From an uncultured Planctomycetia bacterium (GTDB lineage Bacteria; Planctomycetota; UBA1135; JALUZX01): a DNA stretch of 64,000 nt. The translations under genes were made by a program, and so were the position numbers. Positions 37,571 through 46,064 of this stretch are shown here, in pieces. The DNA lies in contig CAZLQD010000010.1 of NCBI GenBank assembly GCA_964561605.1, forward strand, positions 173,077 to 237,076. Direction: 5' to 3'. The notes beneath the pieces were generated by a model. The model saw only the letters and a program-made list of their open reading frames with translations. It did not search any database and was not told where the DNA came from. Positions within the stretch are counted from its first letter, which is position 1, and each line of letters starts with the position of its first letter.

Positions 37571-40065
37571 AGCGAGCCCTCCTCTCGGGGATTCTCCTCC
37601 TTGCCTGCGTCCTGGTCCTCCATGGGGAGGTCCTCTTCGGAGGGGGAGTCCGCCTGGCCCTGGACCAGCGCATGTATCCCCCATGGGCCGCGGCCGCCGG
37701 GAGAAAGGGAGAAAGGCTTCCCGATCCGGTCCAGGGGGTCTTCAACCGCCTCTCCACGGATTCCAACTTCTGGTACGAAGGACAGATCCTCCTTGCCAGG
37801 AAGATGGTCCGGAGAGGCCTCCCCCCCTCATGGGACCCCTGGACCCAGGGAGGCACCCCCCTGGCGGCCCAGCTCGGAGTCCCCCTCTGGTATCCTCCCT
37901 TCTGGATTCTCTTCCTCGGCCCCCCTCTCGCCGCCGTGGGCTGGCTCGCCGCCTTCCACATGCTCCTGGCCGGAATCCTCGCCTGGCGACTGGTCCGTTT
38001 CCTGGGCGGCAGCCCCTGGGCGGCCTGTCTCTCGGGGGTCGCCTTCGGGATCGGCCCGTGGATGGCCTTCCGGGAGAACAACATGACCCTCCTGGCCGCC
38101 GCCGCATGGGCCCCCCTCGCCTTCGAAGCCGCAGGCAGGACGGCCTCCGGAGGGAAGCCGGTCCGCTGGGCCCTGGTCCTGGCCTTCGCCCTGGCCCTGG
38201 GCCTCTGGGCGGGCATGCCCCAGCTCGGCTTCGTCACACTCTGGGGCTCCCTCGCCTTCGGCCTCCTGGGGCTCCGCCGGGCCTCTTCCCGGCGAAGGAG
38301 GGTCTTCCTCCTCGGCGGGGCCTTCCTTGCGGGGCTCCTCCTGGCCGCCCCGGCCCTCCTTCCCACATACCGCCTATACCGGAACTCCATCCGGTCCGGG
38401 GAGGAGGCGCCCCGAACCCAGCGGCTCGGCCTTCCCCCGGGGGCCCTCCTGGGCCTCCTCTCCCCGGAAATCCTCGGGAGCGCCTCGGACCTGGCCGGGT
38501 GGGAACGTTTCGAGGATTTTCCGCCGGCCCGGAAATTCCTCACGGGAGATCCCCAGGACAACCCCCTGGAAGACTGCCTCTACCCGGGAGCGGCGGTCCT
38601 TCTCCTGGTCTTCCTCCTCCTCGCCGCAGGAAGGAAGGACCGGGGCGAGGGGAGGCGCCTCCCCAAGGGGGCGGGCTTCTTCCTGGTCACGGCCGCCTCG
38701 GCCCTCCTTCTCTCCCTGCGCCTCCCCCCGCTGGATCCCCTCTTCCGGATCCCGGGACTCGGACCCGAAGACCCCCGGCGGGTCCTGCTCCTCTTCCACC
38801 TCGGCCTGGCCGTTGCCGGCGGCCTGGCCCTGGACCGCCTCTCCCTGTCCCGCCCGCCCTTCCGGCTCCTCCTTCCCCTCCTTCTCGCCCCGGCCCTCCT
38901 CTTCCTGGGCGGCTGGGTCTTCCCCGCCGCCGGAGAAGGAGCCCTGGGCCTTCTCTTCGGCCCCCTGGAGCCCGGCGAGGCCCGCCCCCTCCTCCTCTTC
39001 GAGCGGGCCGCCCTCCTGGGCCCCGCCCTTGCGGCGGCCTGGTCGGCCCTTTCCCTTCTCCTCATGCCCCGCCTCGGGAAAGCAGGCAAGGCGGCCATCC
39101 TGGGAGGCCTCGTCCTGGAATGCCTCCTCTTCGCCCTGAGGACCAACCCGGCCCCTCCCATGGCCCAAGTGGAGGCCCTGGGGACGACCCGGACCGAGAA
39201 GGCCCTCCTGGAGCTGGCCCGCAAGGCAGGTCCCCAGGGCCCCCCCAGGCTCCTCCACGTCCGTTGTTTCCACGCCCTCCAGGGGAACCTGGTCACCCCC
39301 CAGGGGATCCCGGCCGTCTCCACGACCCACCCCCTTCCCTTGCGCCGTTTCGCCCGGAGGATGGAGCTCGTGGAGAAGACCCTGGTGGACCCCTCCCTTC
39401 CCAGGGGGATCGCCTGGCTCAGGAACCCCCGCTCCTGCCTCCATCCTCTCCTGGCCTCGGCCCGTATCGGCCTGTTTTGTTGCGACGACCCGGAAACAGC
39501 GTCGGAGTTGGAGGCCCTCGGCCTGGAACGGGTCTTCCCTCCTCCGGGAAAGGAGGCCCTCAACGAGGGGGTCGCCCTCTTCGCCTCTCCCCGGACCGGC
39601 CCCCGGGCCAGGATGGTCTTCTCCTGGAAGGAAGTCTCTTCGGTCGGGGAGGCCGCCCGGGTCCTTGCCGCGGGAAAGGGCCTTCTCCCCGTGGAACCGG
39701 CACGCCCCCTCCCCGAGCCGGTCCCTCCCGGGAGACCGCCCCGGATCCGGTGGATCCTCTCCAACCCGGGGACCATCTACCTCGAGGTGGACACGGGAGG
39801 GGGAAGGGGGATCCTGGTGATCGCCGATTGCTGGTACCCGGGCTGGATGGCCCGGGTGGACGGAAGGCGGGTCCCGGTCTTTCCCGCCGACCTGGCCTTC
39901 ATGGGGATCTACCTGGAACCCGGCCGGCACAGGATCGAACTCTCCTTCCGGGACCCGGACCGGATCCCGAGAATCCTCCTCCTCGGGGCGGCGGCGGGAG
40001 TCCTGGCCCTCCTCGCCCTTTTCGGGTCGGGGAAGCCCCCTGGAGCAAGAGGCTGGAGGTCCTGA
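37567..40065 (+). CDS. YfhO-family membrane glycosyltransferase (GT-C), paralogue 3
   Basis: Tail of the artefactual 1405-aa ORF. ATGA overlap at 37567. C-terminal DCWYPGWMARVDGRRVPV...GIYLEPGRHRIELSF plus a terminal TM. Confidence 0.75.
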   Translation: MKRALLSGILLLACVLVLHGEVLFGGGVRLALDQRMYPPWAAAAGRKGERLPDPVQGVFNRLSTDSNFWYEGQILLARKMVRRGLPPSWDPWTQGGTPLAAQLGVPLWYPPFWILFLGPPLAAVGWLAAFHMLLAGILAWRLVRFLGGSPWAACLSGVAFGIGPWMAFRENNMTLLAAAAWAPLAFEAAGRTASGGKPVRWALVLAFALALGLWAGMPQLGFVTLWGSLAFGLLGLRRASSRRRRVFLLGGAFLAGLLLAAPALLPTYRLYRNSIRSGEEAPRTQRLGLPPGALLGLLSPEILGSASDLAGWERFEDFPPARKFLTGDPQDNPLEDCLYPGAAVLLLVFLLLAAGRKDRGEGRRLPKGAGFFLVTAASALLLSLRLPPLDPLFRIPGLGPEDPRRVLLLFHLGLAVAGGLALDRLSLSRPPFRLLLPLLLAPALLFLGGWVFPAAGEGALGLLFGPLEPGEARPLLLFERAALLGPALAAAWSALSLLLMPRLGKAGKAAILGGLVLECLLFALRTNPAPPMAQVEALGTTRTEKALLELARKAGPQGPPRLLHVRCFHALQGNLVTPQGIPAVSTTHPLPLRRFARRMELVEKTLVDPSLPRGIAWLRNPRSCLHPLLASARIGLFCCDDPETASELEALGLERVFPPPGKEALNEGVALFASPRTGPRARMVFSWKEVSSVGEAARVLAAGKGLLPVEPARPLPEPVPPGRPPRIRWILSNPGTIYLEVDTGGGRGILVIADCWYPGWMARVDGRRVPVFPADLAFMGIYLEPGRHRIELSFRDPDRIPRILLLGAAAGVLALLALFGSGKPPGARGWRS

Positions 40066-40067
40066 GG

Positions 40068-40844
40068 GTGGCGCGGGATTTTCCTTTCAGGGTATACCAA
40101 CTGGGCTCCGGGTCCTCGGGCAACCTGACCGCCCTGGAGGGTCCGGAGGGGGTGCTCCTGGTGGACGCGGGCTTCCCCGCCAGGGAGGTGATCCGGCGCC
40201 TCGAGAGGGCGGGCCTGGACCGGCGGGCCGTCCGGGCCCTCCTGCTCACCCACGCCCACCTGGACCACGCCAGGGGGGCGGGAGTGCTGGCGCGGCGCCT
40301 GAAGATCCCCATCCTGGCCGCCCCCTGGACCCTGGAGAACCTGGGCGGACTCCGGGGGAGGGAGGAACTCCTCCCCGTTCCCGAAAGGGGCACCTTCCGG
40401 GCGGCGGGCTTCCTGGTGGAAACCCTTCCCGCCCCCCACGACATCCCTGGAACCTTGATGGTCAAGGTGGAGGGAAAAGTGGGCCTTGCCACGGACCTGG
40501 GCCATGCCGGGGAAGAGGTCCGGAACTTCCTCTCCGGCCTGGAAGGACTCCTCCTGGAATTCAACCACGACGTGGAGATGCTTCGGAACGGTCCCTATCC
40601 CTCATGGCTCAAGAAGAGAATCCTCTCGCCCAGGGGCCACCTGGCCAACGACCAGGCGGCGGAACTCCTGGCAGGCCCGGGATTCACCCCTCCCAGGCGC
40701 GTCCTTTGGCTCTGCCACCTGAGCGAGAAGAACAACCGTCCCGAATTGGCTCTCCAGGCGGCCCGGCGGGTGATCCGGAACGGAGGGGTCTCCATCCTGG
40801 TGGCCACCCCGTCGGGAGACCCCCGGCCCCGCACATTTCCCTGA
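40068..40844 (+). CDS. MBL-fold metallo-hydrolase (YycJ/PhnP-like)
   Basis: GTG 2 nt after the YfhO-3 stop. LGSGSSGN, LLTHAHLDHARG, NHD, GHL motifs. Confidence 0.8.
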   Translation: MARDFPFRVYQLGSGSSGNLTALEGPEGVLLVDAGFPAREVIRRLERAGLDRRAVRALLLTHAHLDHARGAGVLARRLKIPILAAPWTLENLGGLRGREELLPVPERGTFRAAGFLVETLPAPHDIPGTLMVKVEGKVGLATDLGHAGEEVRNFLSGLEGLLLEFNHDVEMLRNGPYPSWLKKRILSPRGHLANDQAAELLAGPGFTPPRRVLWLCHLSEKNNRPELALQAARRVIRNGGVSILVATPSGDPRPRTFP

Positions 40845-40951
40845 ACATCCCCCCGGGCCCGTAAAGCTTTCCGGAAGGAGAGGACGATCTTCCTTTTGGC
40901 GGAGGGGCCCGGGCCCTCCGGGGAATCCGTGGAAAGGGGGAAAGGAAGACC

Positions 40952-43900
40952 ATGGGGAAGCACTACGCCCGTGCTTGGTGGGGATGCATGCCGGCGGCCC
41001 TTCTTCTTCTTTGGGGATGCGGCGGCGGAGGAGGCGGGGGAAGCGCGGGGGACAGCCTGGGAGCGGGAAACAACCCCCTGGCGGGAAACATCCAGATCAC
41101 GGGCCATACCCCGGCCGACCGGGCGGTGCAGGTTCCCTTGGACGGGAAAGTCACCATCTCCTTCGACTCCCCCATCGTGGCGGGGAGCTTTTCCAGCGGC
41201 CAGGTTACGGTCCAGCCCGAGGGAGGGGTTCCCGTCCTGGGCGACTTCACCCTGGATTCTTCCCACAAGGTCCTTACCTTCACCCCCCTGGAGCCCTTCG
41301 AAGAGGCCACGGACTACCTGGTCACCGTCAAGACCCTGGTCTACGACACCCACTACCGGACCCTTGCCAGGGATTTCACCTTCACCTTCCGGACCCTGGA
41401 CCAGGATCCGCCCACCCTGGTCTCTCTCACCCCCTCGGCCGAATCCACGGGCGTATCCCCCAAGGTGGTGCTTGTCGCACGCTTCTCCGAGGACCTGGGG
41501 AGTGACTCCGTCGACGGAGACAGCGTCTTCCTGAGGGACCCCACGGGAGCATCCGTTCCCGGAAGGGTCACCCTGGAAGGGAGCGTGGTCTATTTCACGC
41601 CCCTGGCCGACCTCGTGGGTGGAACGCGCTATACCTTCTTCATCCGCGGAAAGGAACGGGGGATCCGGGACCGCTCGGGAAACGCCCTGGAACAGGATCT
41701 GCGTTTTTCCTTCACCACCGGTTACGACACGACGCCGCCCAAGATCCTGGCCACTTATCCCCCCCAGGGGGCCACGGGCGTCTCCCCGGAAGCGGCCTTC
41801 CGGGTGACCTTCGACGACTCGATCGCCCCGGATTCCGTCTCCCAGGAGGCCCTGGTCCTGGTGGGGCCCGAAGGGATGTCCATTCCGGTGAACGTGGAGA
41901 ATTCTCCCGACCTGCGGACCCTCCTGGTGGTGCCCATGACGGACTTGGACGAGGATACCGACTACGCCCTCCTCCTGGCGGCCGGGGCCGAGGGGCTCCG
42001 CAACAGGAGCGGAGTGGCCATGGAAGGATCCTTCCACGTCTCTTTCAAGACCGGCAACCGGGAGGCTCCGCCCTCGGTGGAGAGCCACGTTCCCTCTTCG
42101 GGGGAAAAGAAGGCGGCGGTGAACCTGGCCGCCCGGGTGGTCTTCTCCTCCCCCATGTTCTCTCCCACCTTCACCTCCTCGACGGTCCGGCTCCTCCGGG
42201 AGAACACCCCTGTGGACGCCTCGGTCTCCCTCTCCGGGGACGGCACGACCCTCACGGTCAGGCCCGTGAAGAGGCTCTCCCCGAAAACCACCTACACCCT
42301 GACCGTCGAGGGTGGGCCCTACGGAGTCCTCTCCCGGGCCTACCTCCCCATGAGCCGTACCTTCACTCTGACCTTCACCACCACCGGGGACACCCAGGTG
42401 CCGGAGGTGAAGGTCTTTCCCTCGGACGGAACCGCCATGGTTCCCACGAGTTCCTCCTTCGTGGCGGTCTTCTCCGAGCCCGTCGAGGCCTCGACCGTGA
42501 CCTCCTCCACGGTTCGTTTGCTCGACCCCGCAACCGGAGCCCCCGTGGAAGGGAGTCTCACCCTCGAGCAGGAGGGCAGGGCCGCCCGCTTCAAGCCGGC
42601 CCTGCCCCTGGCCTCGAACAAGAGCTACACCTTCCAGGTGGCCGGCGGTGCGGACGGGGTGAAGGACCTGGACGGGAACTGGCTGGATCAGACGGTCCAG
42701 GCGTCGGTCCGGACGGGTTTCCAGGGGGACAACACGCCCCCCGTGGTCACGATCACGGTGAACGAGATTCCATCGGACATGAACCAGGGCCTCCAGCTGG
42801 CTCCCTTCGGCTTCACCATCGACGTCTCCGGGTTCGACCCGGCCGACGCCGCCGTGGACCCGGCCTCCCTGGAACTCATCGTCTCGGGAACGGGCGCCTT
42901 CTATCCGGCGGGGTTCAAGCTCTTCCGCTGGGCAAGCGTGCCCTCCCAGGACCAGGTGATCCTGACCGTCCCACCGAGCCTCCCCTTCGCCCCGGGAACG
43001 GTGACCGTCCAGGCCACGCTGGCAGACCTCTCGGGCAACCGGAGCAGGCCGGCGACGATCGAGTTCACCGTGGGAAGCCTCACGCCCGAGGCCAGGCCCC
43101 TGGAGAGGAACCAGGTGGTCTTCGTGGACTTCCGGACCGACCGGGAGGGGAACGGCCACGGGGACGGCACGGCCGACTGGATCCAGGACCTCCAGGACTA
43201 CGGCCTCATCGCCGCCGGCGACCCCATCGGGAAGAACGCCTGGATGACGGACCTGATGGAGGCTGCGATCCTGGCGAAGGCCAACGAACTCTACGGAAGG
43301 AATCCCGACGGGACTCCCAAGACGGAAGGGTCCGTGTCGATCCGCTTCGTCCGGGAGAGACCCCCGGCCGGGATACCCTTCCTCCACATGGCCTTCGGAG
43401 GCCAGGATCCGGAAGGGGGGAAACGAACCCTGGGGCAGGACTCCACGGGGGTTCTCGGCCGGGCCTGGTACGACCTGAAGAACAGCAACTTCTCCGACAA
43501 CGACGCCGGCACCAGCCCGGGTCTCGGGATCTTCCCCGGGGAACTCTTCCTCTACCAGGCCAATCTCTACAACCAGCTCTATCCAGGCTATATCACCACC
43601 TTCGGCAAGAGGTTCGCCCTGCTCTCCCCCCTCCTGGGAGGAACACCCGTTGGGAAGGACCCCCTGGATCCGGTGGTCCTGGACGAGAACTTCGACTTCG
43701 ACAACGCCACGGCCGCCCAGAGGAGCAGGTACCTCGCCATCTTCCAGGCGGCCGACGACCTGGCCGTGGCCCTGGCGACCATCCTGGCCCACGAAGTGGG
43801 TCATTCCCTCGGCCTGGTCACCCCCGGTCCGCCTCCGGCGGGCTTGTGGGGGGACGCGAGTCTGCACGTGGACAAGGCCAGGCCCGAGGACATCATGAAC

Positions 43901-43993
43901 GCCGTCGTGGGCTACGACGCCCTGGTGGAAGAGATCTACCGCTTCCGGCCCTTGAACATGGCCTACCTGAGGGAGCGGATTCTCCTGAAGTGA
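40952..43993 (+). CDS. Large lipoprotein: about 5 SbsA-type bacterial Ig-like repeats plus a C-terminal HExxH zinc-protease-like domain
   Basis: Lipobox LLLLWGCGGGG. Repeats of the form PPxxxxxxPxxGxxGVSPxxxxxxxFSExxxxxSV...FTPxxxLxxxTxYT. C-terminus has ILAHEVGHSLGL and a downstream EDIMN. Confidence 0.7.
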   Translation: MGKHYARAWWGCMPAALLLLWGCGGGGGGGSAGDSLGAGNNPLAGNIQITGHTPADRAVQVPLDGKVTISFDSPIVAGSFSSGQVTVQPEGGVPVLGDFTLDSSHKVLTFTPLEPFEEATDYLVTVKTLVYDTHYRTLARDFTFTFRTLDQDPPTLVSLTPSAESTGVSPKVVLVARFSEDLGSDSVDGDSVFLRDPTGASVPGRVTLEGSVVYFTPLADLVGGTRYTFFIRGKERGIRDRSGNALEQDLRFSFTTGYDTTPPKILATYPPQGATGVSPEAAFRVTFDDSIAPDSVSQEALVLVGPEGMSIPVNVENSPDLRTLLVVPMTDLDEDTDYALLLAAGAEGLRNRSGVAMEGSFHVSFKTGNREAPPSVESHVPSSGEKKAAVNLAARVVFSSPMFSPTFTSSTVRLLRENTPVDASVSLSGDGTTLTVRPVKRLSPKTTYTLTVEGGPYGVLSRAYLPMSRTFTLTFTTTGDTQVPEVKVFPSDGTAMVPTSSSFVAVFSEPVEASTVTSSTVRLLDPATGAPVEGSLTLEQEGRAARFKPALPLASNKSYTFQVAGGADGVKDLDGNWLDQTVQASVRTGFQGDNTPPVVTITVNEIPSDMNQGLQLAPFGFTIDVSGFDPADAAVDPASLELIVSGTGAFYPAGFKLFRWASVPSQDQVILTVPPSLPFAPGTVTVQATLADLSGNRSRPATIEFTVGSLTPEARPLERNQVVFVDFRTDREGNGHGDGTADWIQDLQDYGLIAAGDPIGKNAWMTDLMEAAILAKANELYGRNPDGTPKTEGSVSIRFVRERPPAGIPFLHMAFGGQDPEGGKRTLGQDSTGVLGRAWYDLKNSNFSDNDAGTSPGLGIFPGELFLYQANLYNQLYPGYITTFGKRFALLSPLLGGTPVGKDPLDPVVLDENFDFDNATAAQRSRYLAIFQAADDLAVALATILAHEVGHSLGLVTPGPPPAGLWGDASLHVDKARPEDIMNAVVGYDALVEEIYRFRPLNMAYLRERILLK

Positions 43994-44011
43994 GGGGGAA
44001 AGGATAGAACC

Positions 44012-45028
44012 ATGAAATCGAGTGGAAGACTCCTCGCCCGGATCCCGCTTCTTTCGGCCCTCCTTCTCGCATCGGGGGTCCTGCCGGCCCAGAGGGAGGC
44101 CTTCACCCTCTCCAGGCTGGTGAAGCTCGCCGACAAGGCCGCCCTCTTCCGCGTGGAAAGGCTCCTTCCTCTGGGGAAGGGGGAGACAGCCCTGGTTCTC
44201 ACCGCCCTGGACCCGGTCAAGGGGATCCAAAGGTTCGAGGCCCTCCGTGTCCTCTCCAGGGGAGATCTCTGTTTCGAGGCGGACCTGAGAAGACTTCCCG
44301 GGGGAAGCAAGATCCTCCTCTTCGCCAAGGCCCTCCCCGGAAGGCCCGGTCTCTTCGCCCAGCTTCCGGGAGGCCTCCTGCCGGGAGACCCCAGGGCGGC
44401 CGAGGCGGCCCGGGCCCTCGAGAAGGCGGGAAGGAAGGGGGACCTGGTCAGGGTATTGGCCCTTCAGCTCGAGAACCCCTGTCCCAGGGTCTGGCAGGAC
44501 GCCCTCCTCTCCCTCTTCCGTTCCCGGACTGCCGACCTCTCGGCCCAGGCCAGGCTCCTGGAGCCCGCCCTCGTCAGGCTGGTCCATAGGGAGAGTCTCG
44601 ATCCCGACGCCTTCGCCACCTGGGCGGTCAGACTTGCCCTTCGGCTGGGAATGAAGGAGGTCGTCCCCTACCTCTCCTCCCTCTACATCCGGTCTGGCGG
44701 AAACTCAGGCTTCGACCCCTTCCTCCTGAAGGCCATGAAGCGCCTGGATCCCGAAGGGGCCGTCCGGAGCGCCGCCCTCGCCCGGACCGGGGGGAACCCC
44801 CGGGCTGCCCTGGCAAAGGCCCGCCTCCTTGCCGCCATGGGGAGCCCGGGAGCCCTGGAGCACTTGAAGGCCCTTGCCTCCCGTTCGCCCTTCCCGGAGG
44901 TCCGCTCCGTCGCCAAGGCGGGCCTCGCCGCAGCGGAGGCGGTACCGGGAAAAGGGAAAGGCACGGGGAAGGCCCCGGCGAAACCGCTCTTCCGGGCCAT
45001 TTTCAAGGGAAGGCGAAAGATCAAGTAA
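44012..45028 (+). CDS. Secreted helical-repeat (HEAT/ARM-like) hypothetical protein
   Basis: Signal peptide MKSSGRLLARIPLLSALLLASGVLPAQ. C-terminal half has HEAT-like repeats (VVPYLSSLY..., AAMGSPGALEHLKAL..., PEVRSVAKAGL). Confidence 0.5.
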   Translation: MKSSGRLLARIPLLSALLLASGVLPAQREAFTLSRLVKLADKAALFRVERLLPLGKGETALVLTALDPVKGIQRFEALRVLSRGDLCFEADLRRLPGGSKILLFAKALPGRPGLFAQLPGGLLPGDPRAAEAARALEKAGRKGDLVRVLALQLENPCPRVWQDALLSLFRSRTADLSAQARLLEPALVRLVHRESLDPDAFATWAVRLALRLGMKEVVPYLSSLYIRSGGNSGFDPFLLKAMKRLDPEGAVRSAALARTGGNPRAALAKARLLAAMGSPGALEHLKALASRSPFPEVRSVAKAGLAAAEAVPGKGKGTGKAPAKPLFRAIFKGRRKIK

Positions 45029-45121
45029 CCCTTTTCACCGCCCGGCCGGGCCCCGGGCCTTCGCCGCGAAAGAGGCCTGCAAGCGGGAAAACCGCCTCTC
45101 CGGGTTCCCTGGCGGGAGGCC

Positions 45122-45970
45122 TCACCGGGCCTTGCGGAGAACCCAGTAGAGCCGCCAGCCCTTTCCCTGGTCCTTCAGCAGGAGGAAGAAGGCCGGGCCT
45201 CGCGTTCCGGAACCGAAGGAATAGAGGCTCACGCTTCCCTCTCCGGCGCTCCACCACTGGAACTGGTCCGCCTCGAGGAGATCCTCCGCCTTTCCCGGGT
45301 CCGCCAGGAGGGCCGCCTTGTCCAGGGTCCGCTCCACCATCCCGCCGGGCCCCATCTCCTCGATCCGGAAGAGAGGGTGGAGAAGGCCGGCCAGGGCCTT
45401 TTTCCCACCTTTCCCGGAGATCAGGGCTTCCCGGACCTTCCGGAGGACCTCCAGGGCCTGGAACTTGACCTTTCCCGGAACGGGGGTCCTCCTCTCCAGG
45501 GCGACCTGGACCAGGGCGTCGTTGAGACGGCGCTGGCTCTTGAGCAGTTCCGCCGTCTCCTCCATGACCTTGGGAGCCGGCGTCCCTTCCCCTCCCGAGA
45601 GGGAAGCCCTCCCCCCCATCCGGCTCAGGACCAGGATGGCCCCCAGGCTCACCGCCAGGAGGACGAAAGTGGACTTTCTGCCCCCCCCGCGAAGAAAAGG
45701 AAGGGTGAAAGGAAGCCCCGTGGGCCTGCCCCCCTTCCGCCCCGGGGCGCCGCCGCCCTTCTCTTCGAGGCTCGCCTTCCATTCCAGGCCGAAGATGGAG
45801 GCGCACTCCCGGCACTCCGCCAGGTGGGCGGCCAGCTCGCGCCTGGCCTGGGCGTCGATGGTCCCCTCGATGTAGGGGCCGAAGAGGGCCCGGTAGTAGG
45901 CGCAGGTCCTGGGCAGGATCTCGGCCATCTTCTTCTTTTCTTCGAACGAGGCACGACCCCGCCTTGACAC
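45122..45970 (-). CDS. zf-HC2 anti-sigma-factor-like single-pass membrane protein
   Basis: CAYYRALFGPYIEGTIDAQARRELAAHLAECRECAS (putative zinc finger), one TM (STFVLLAVSLGAILVL), and an extracytoplasmic domain. The start may be the Met at 45928. Confidence 0.6.
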   Translation of the reverse strand: MSRRGRASFEEKKKMAEILPRTCAYYRALFGPYIEGTIDAQARRELAAHLAECRECASIFGLEWKASLEEKGGGAPGRKGGRPTGLPFTLPFLRGGGRKSTFVLLAVSLGAILVLSRMGGRASLSGGEGTPAPKVMEETAELLKSQRRLNDALVQVALERRTPVPGKVKFQALEVLRKVREALISGKGGKKALAGLLHPLFRIEEMGPGGMVERTLDKAALLADPGKAEDLLEADQFQWWSAGEGSVSLYSFGSGTRGPAFFLLLKDQGKGWRLYWVLRKAR

Positions 45971-46064
45971 CCATTTTGCCCCTCAAGTTGAGGCCCCCCC
46001 GGGCCGATGCCTTGTCCATAGGCTTTTTCAAAAAAAACACCGTCGCAGGAGAGACGCTGGAACC

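Noticed and set aside
35848-40065. 1405-aa plus-strand ORF
   Set aside because: Same artefact. The N-terminal 573 codons are an alternate frame of YfhO-2. The real gene starts at 37567.
40595-44587. 1330-aa minus-strand ORF
   Set aside because: It is antisense to the Ig-repeat lipoprotein, which has clear repeat structure and a lipobox. The composition is G/E/V/R/P-rich and no motifs are present. This is a typical high-GC shadow ORF.
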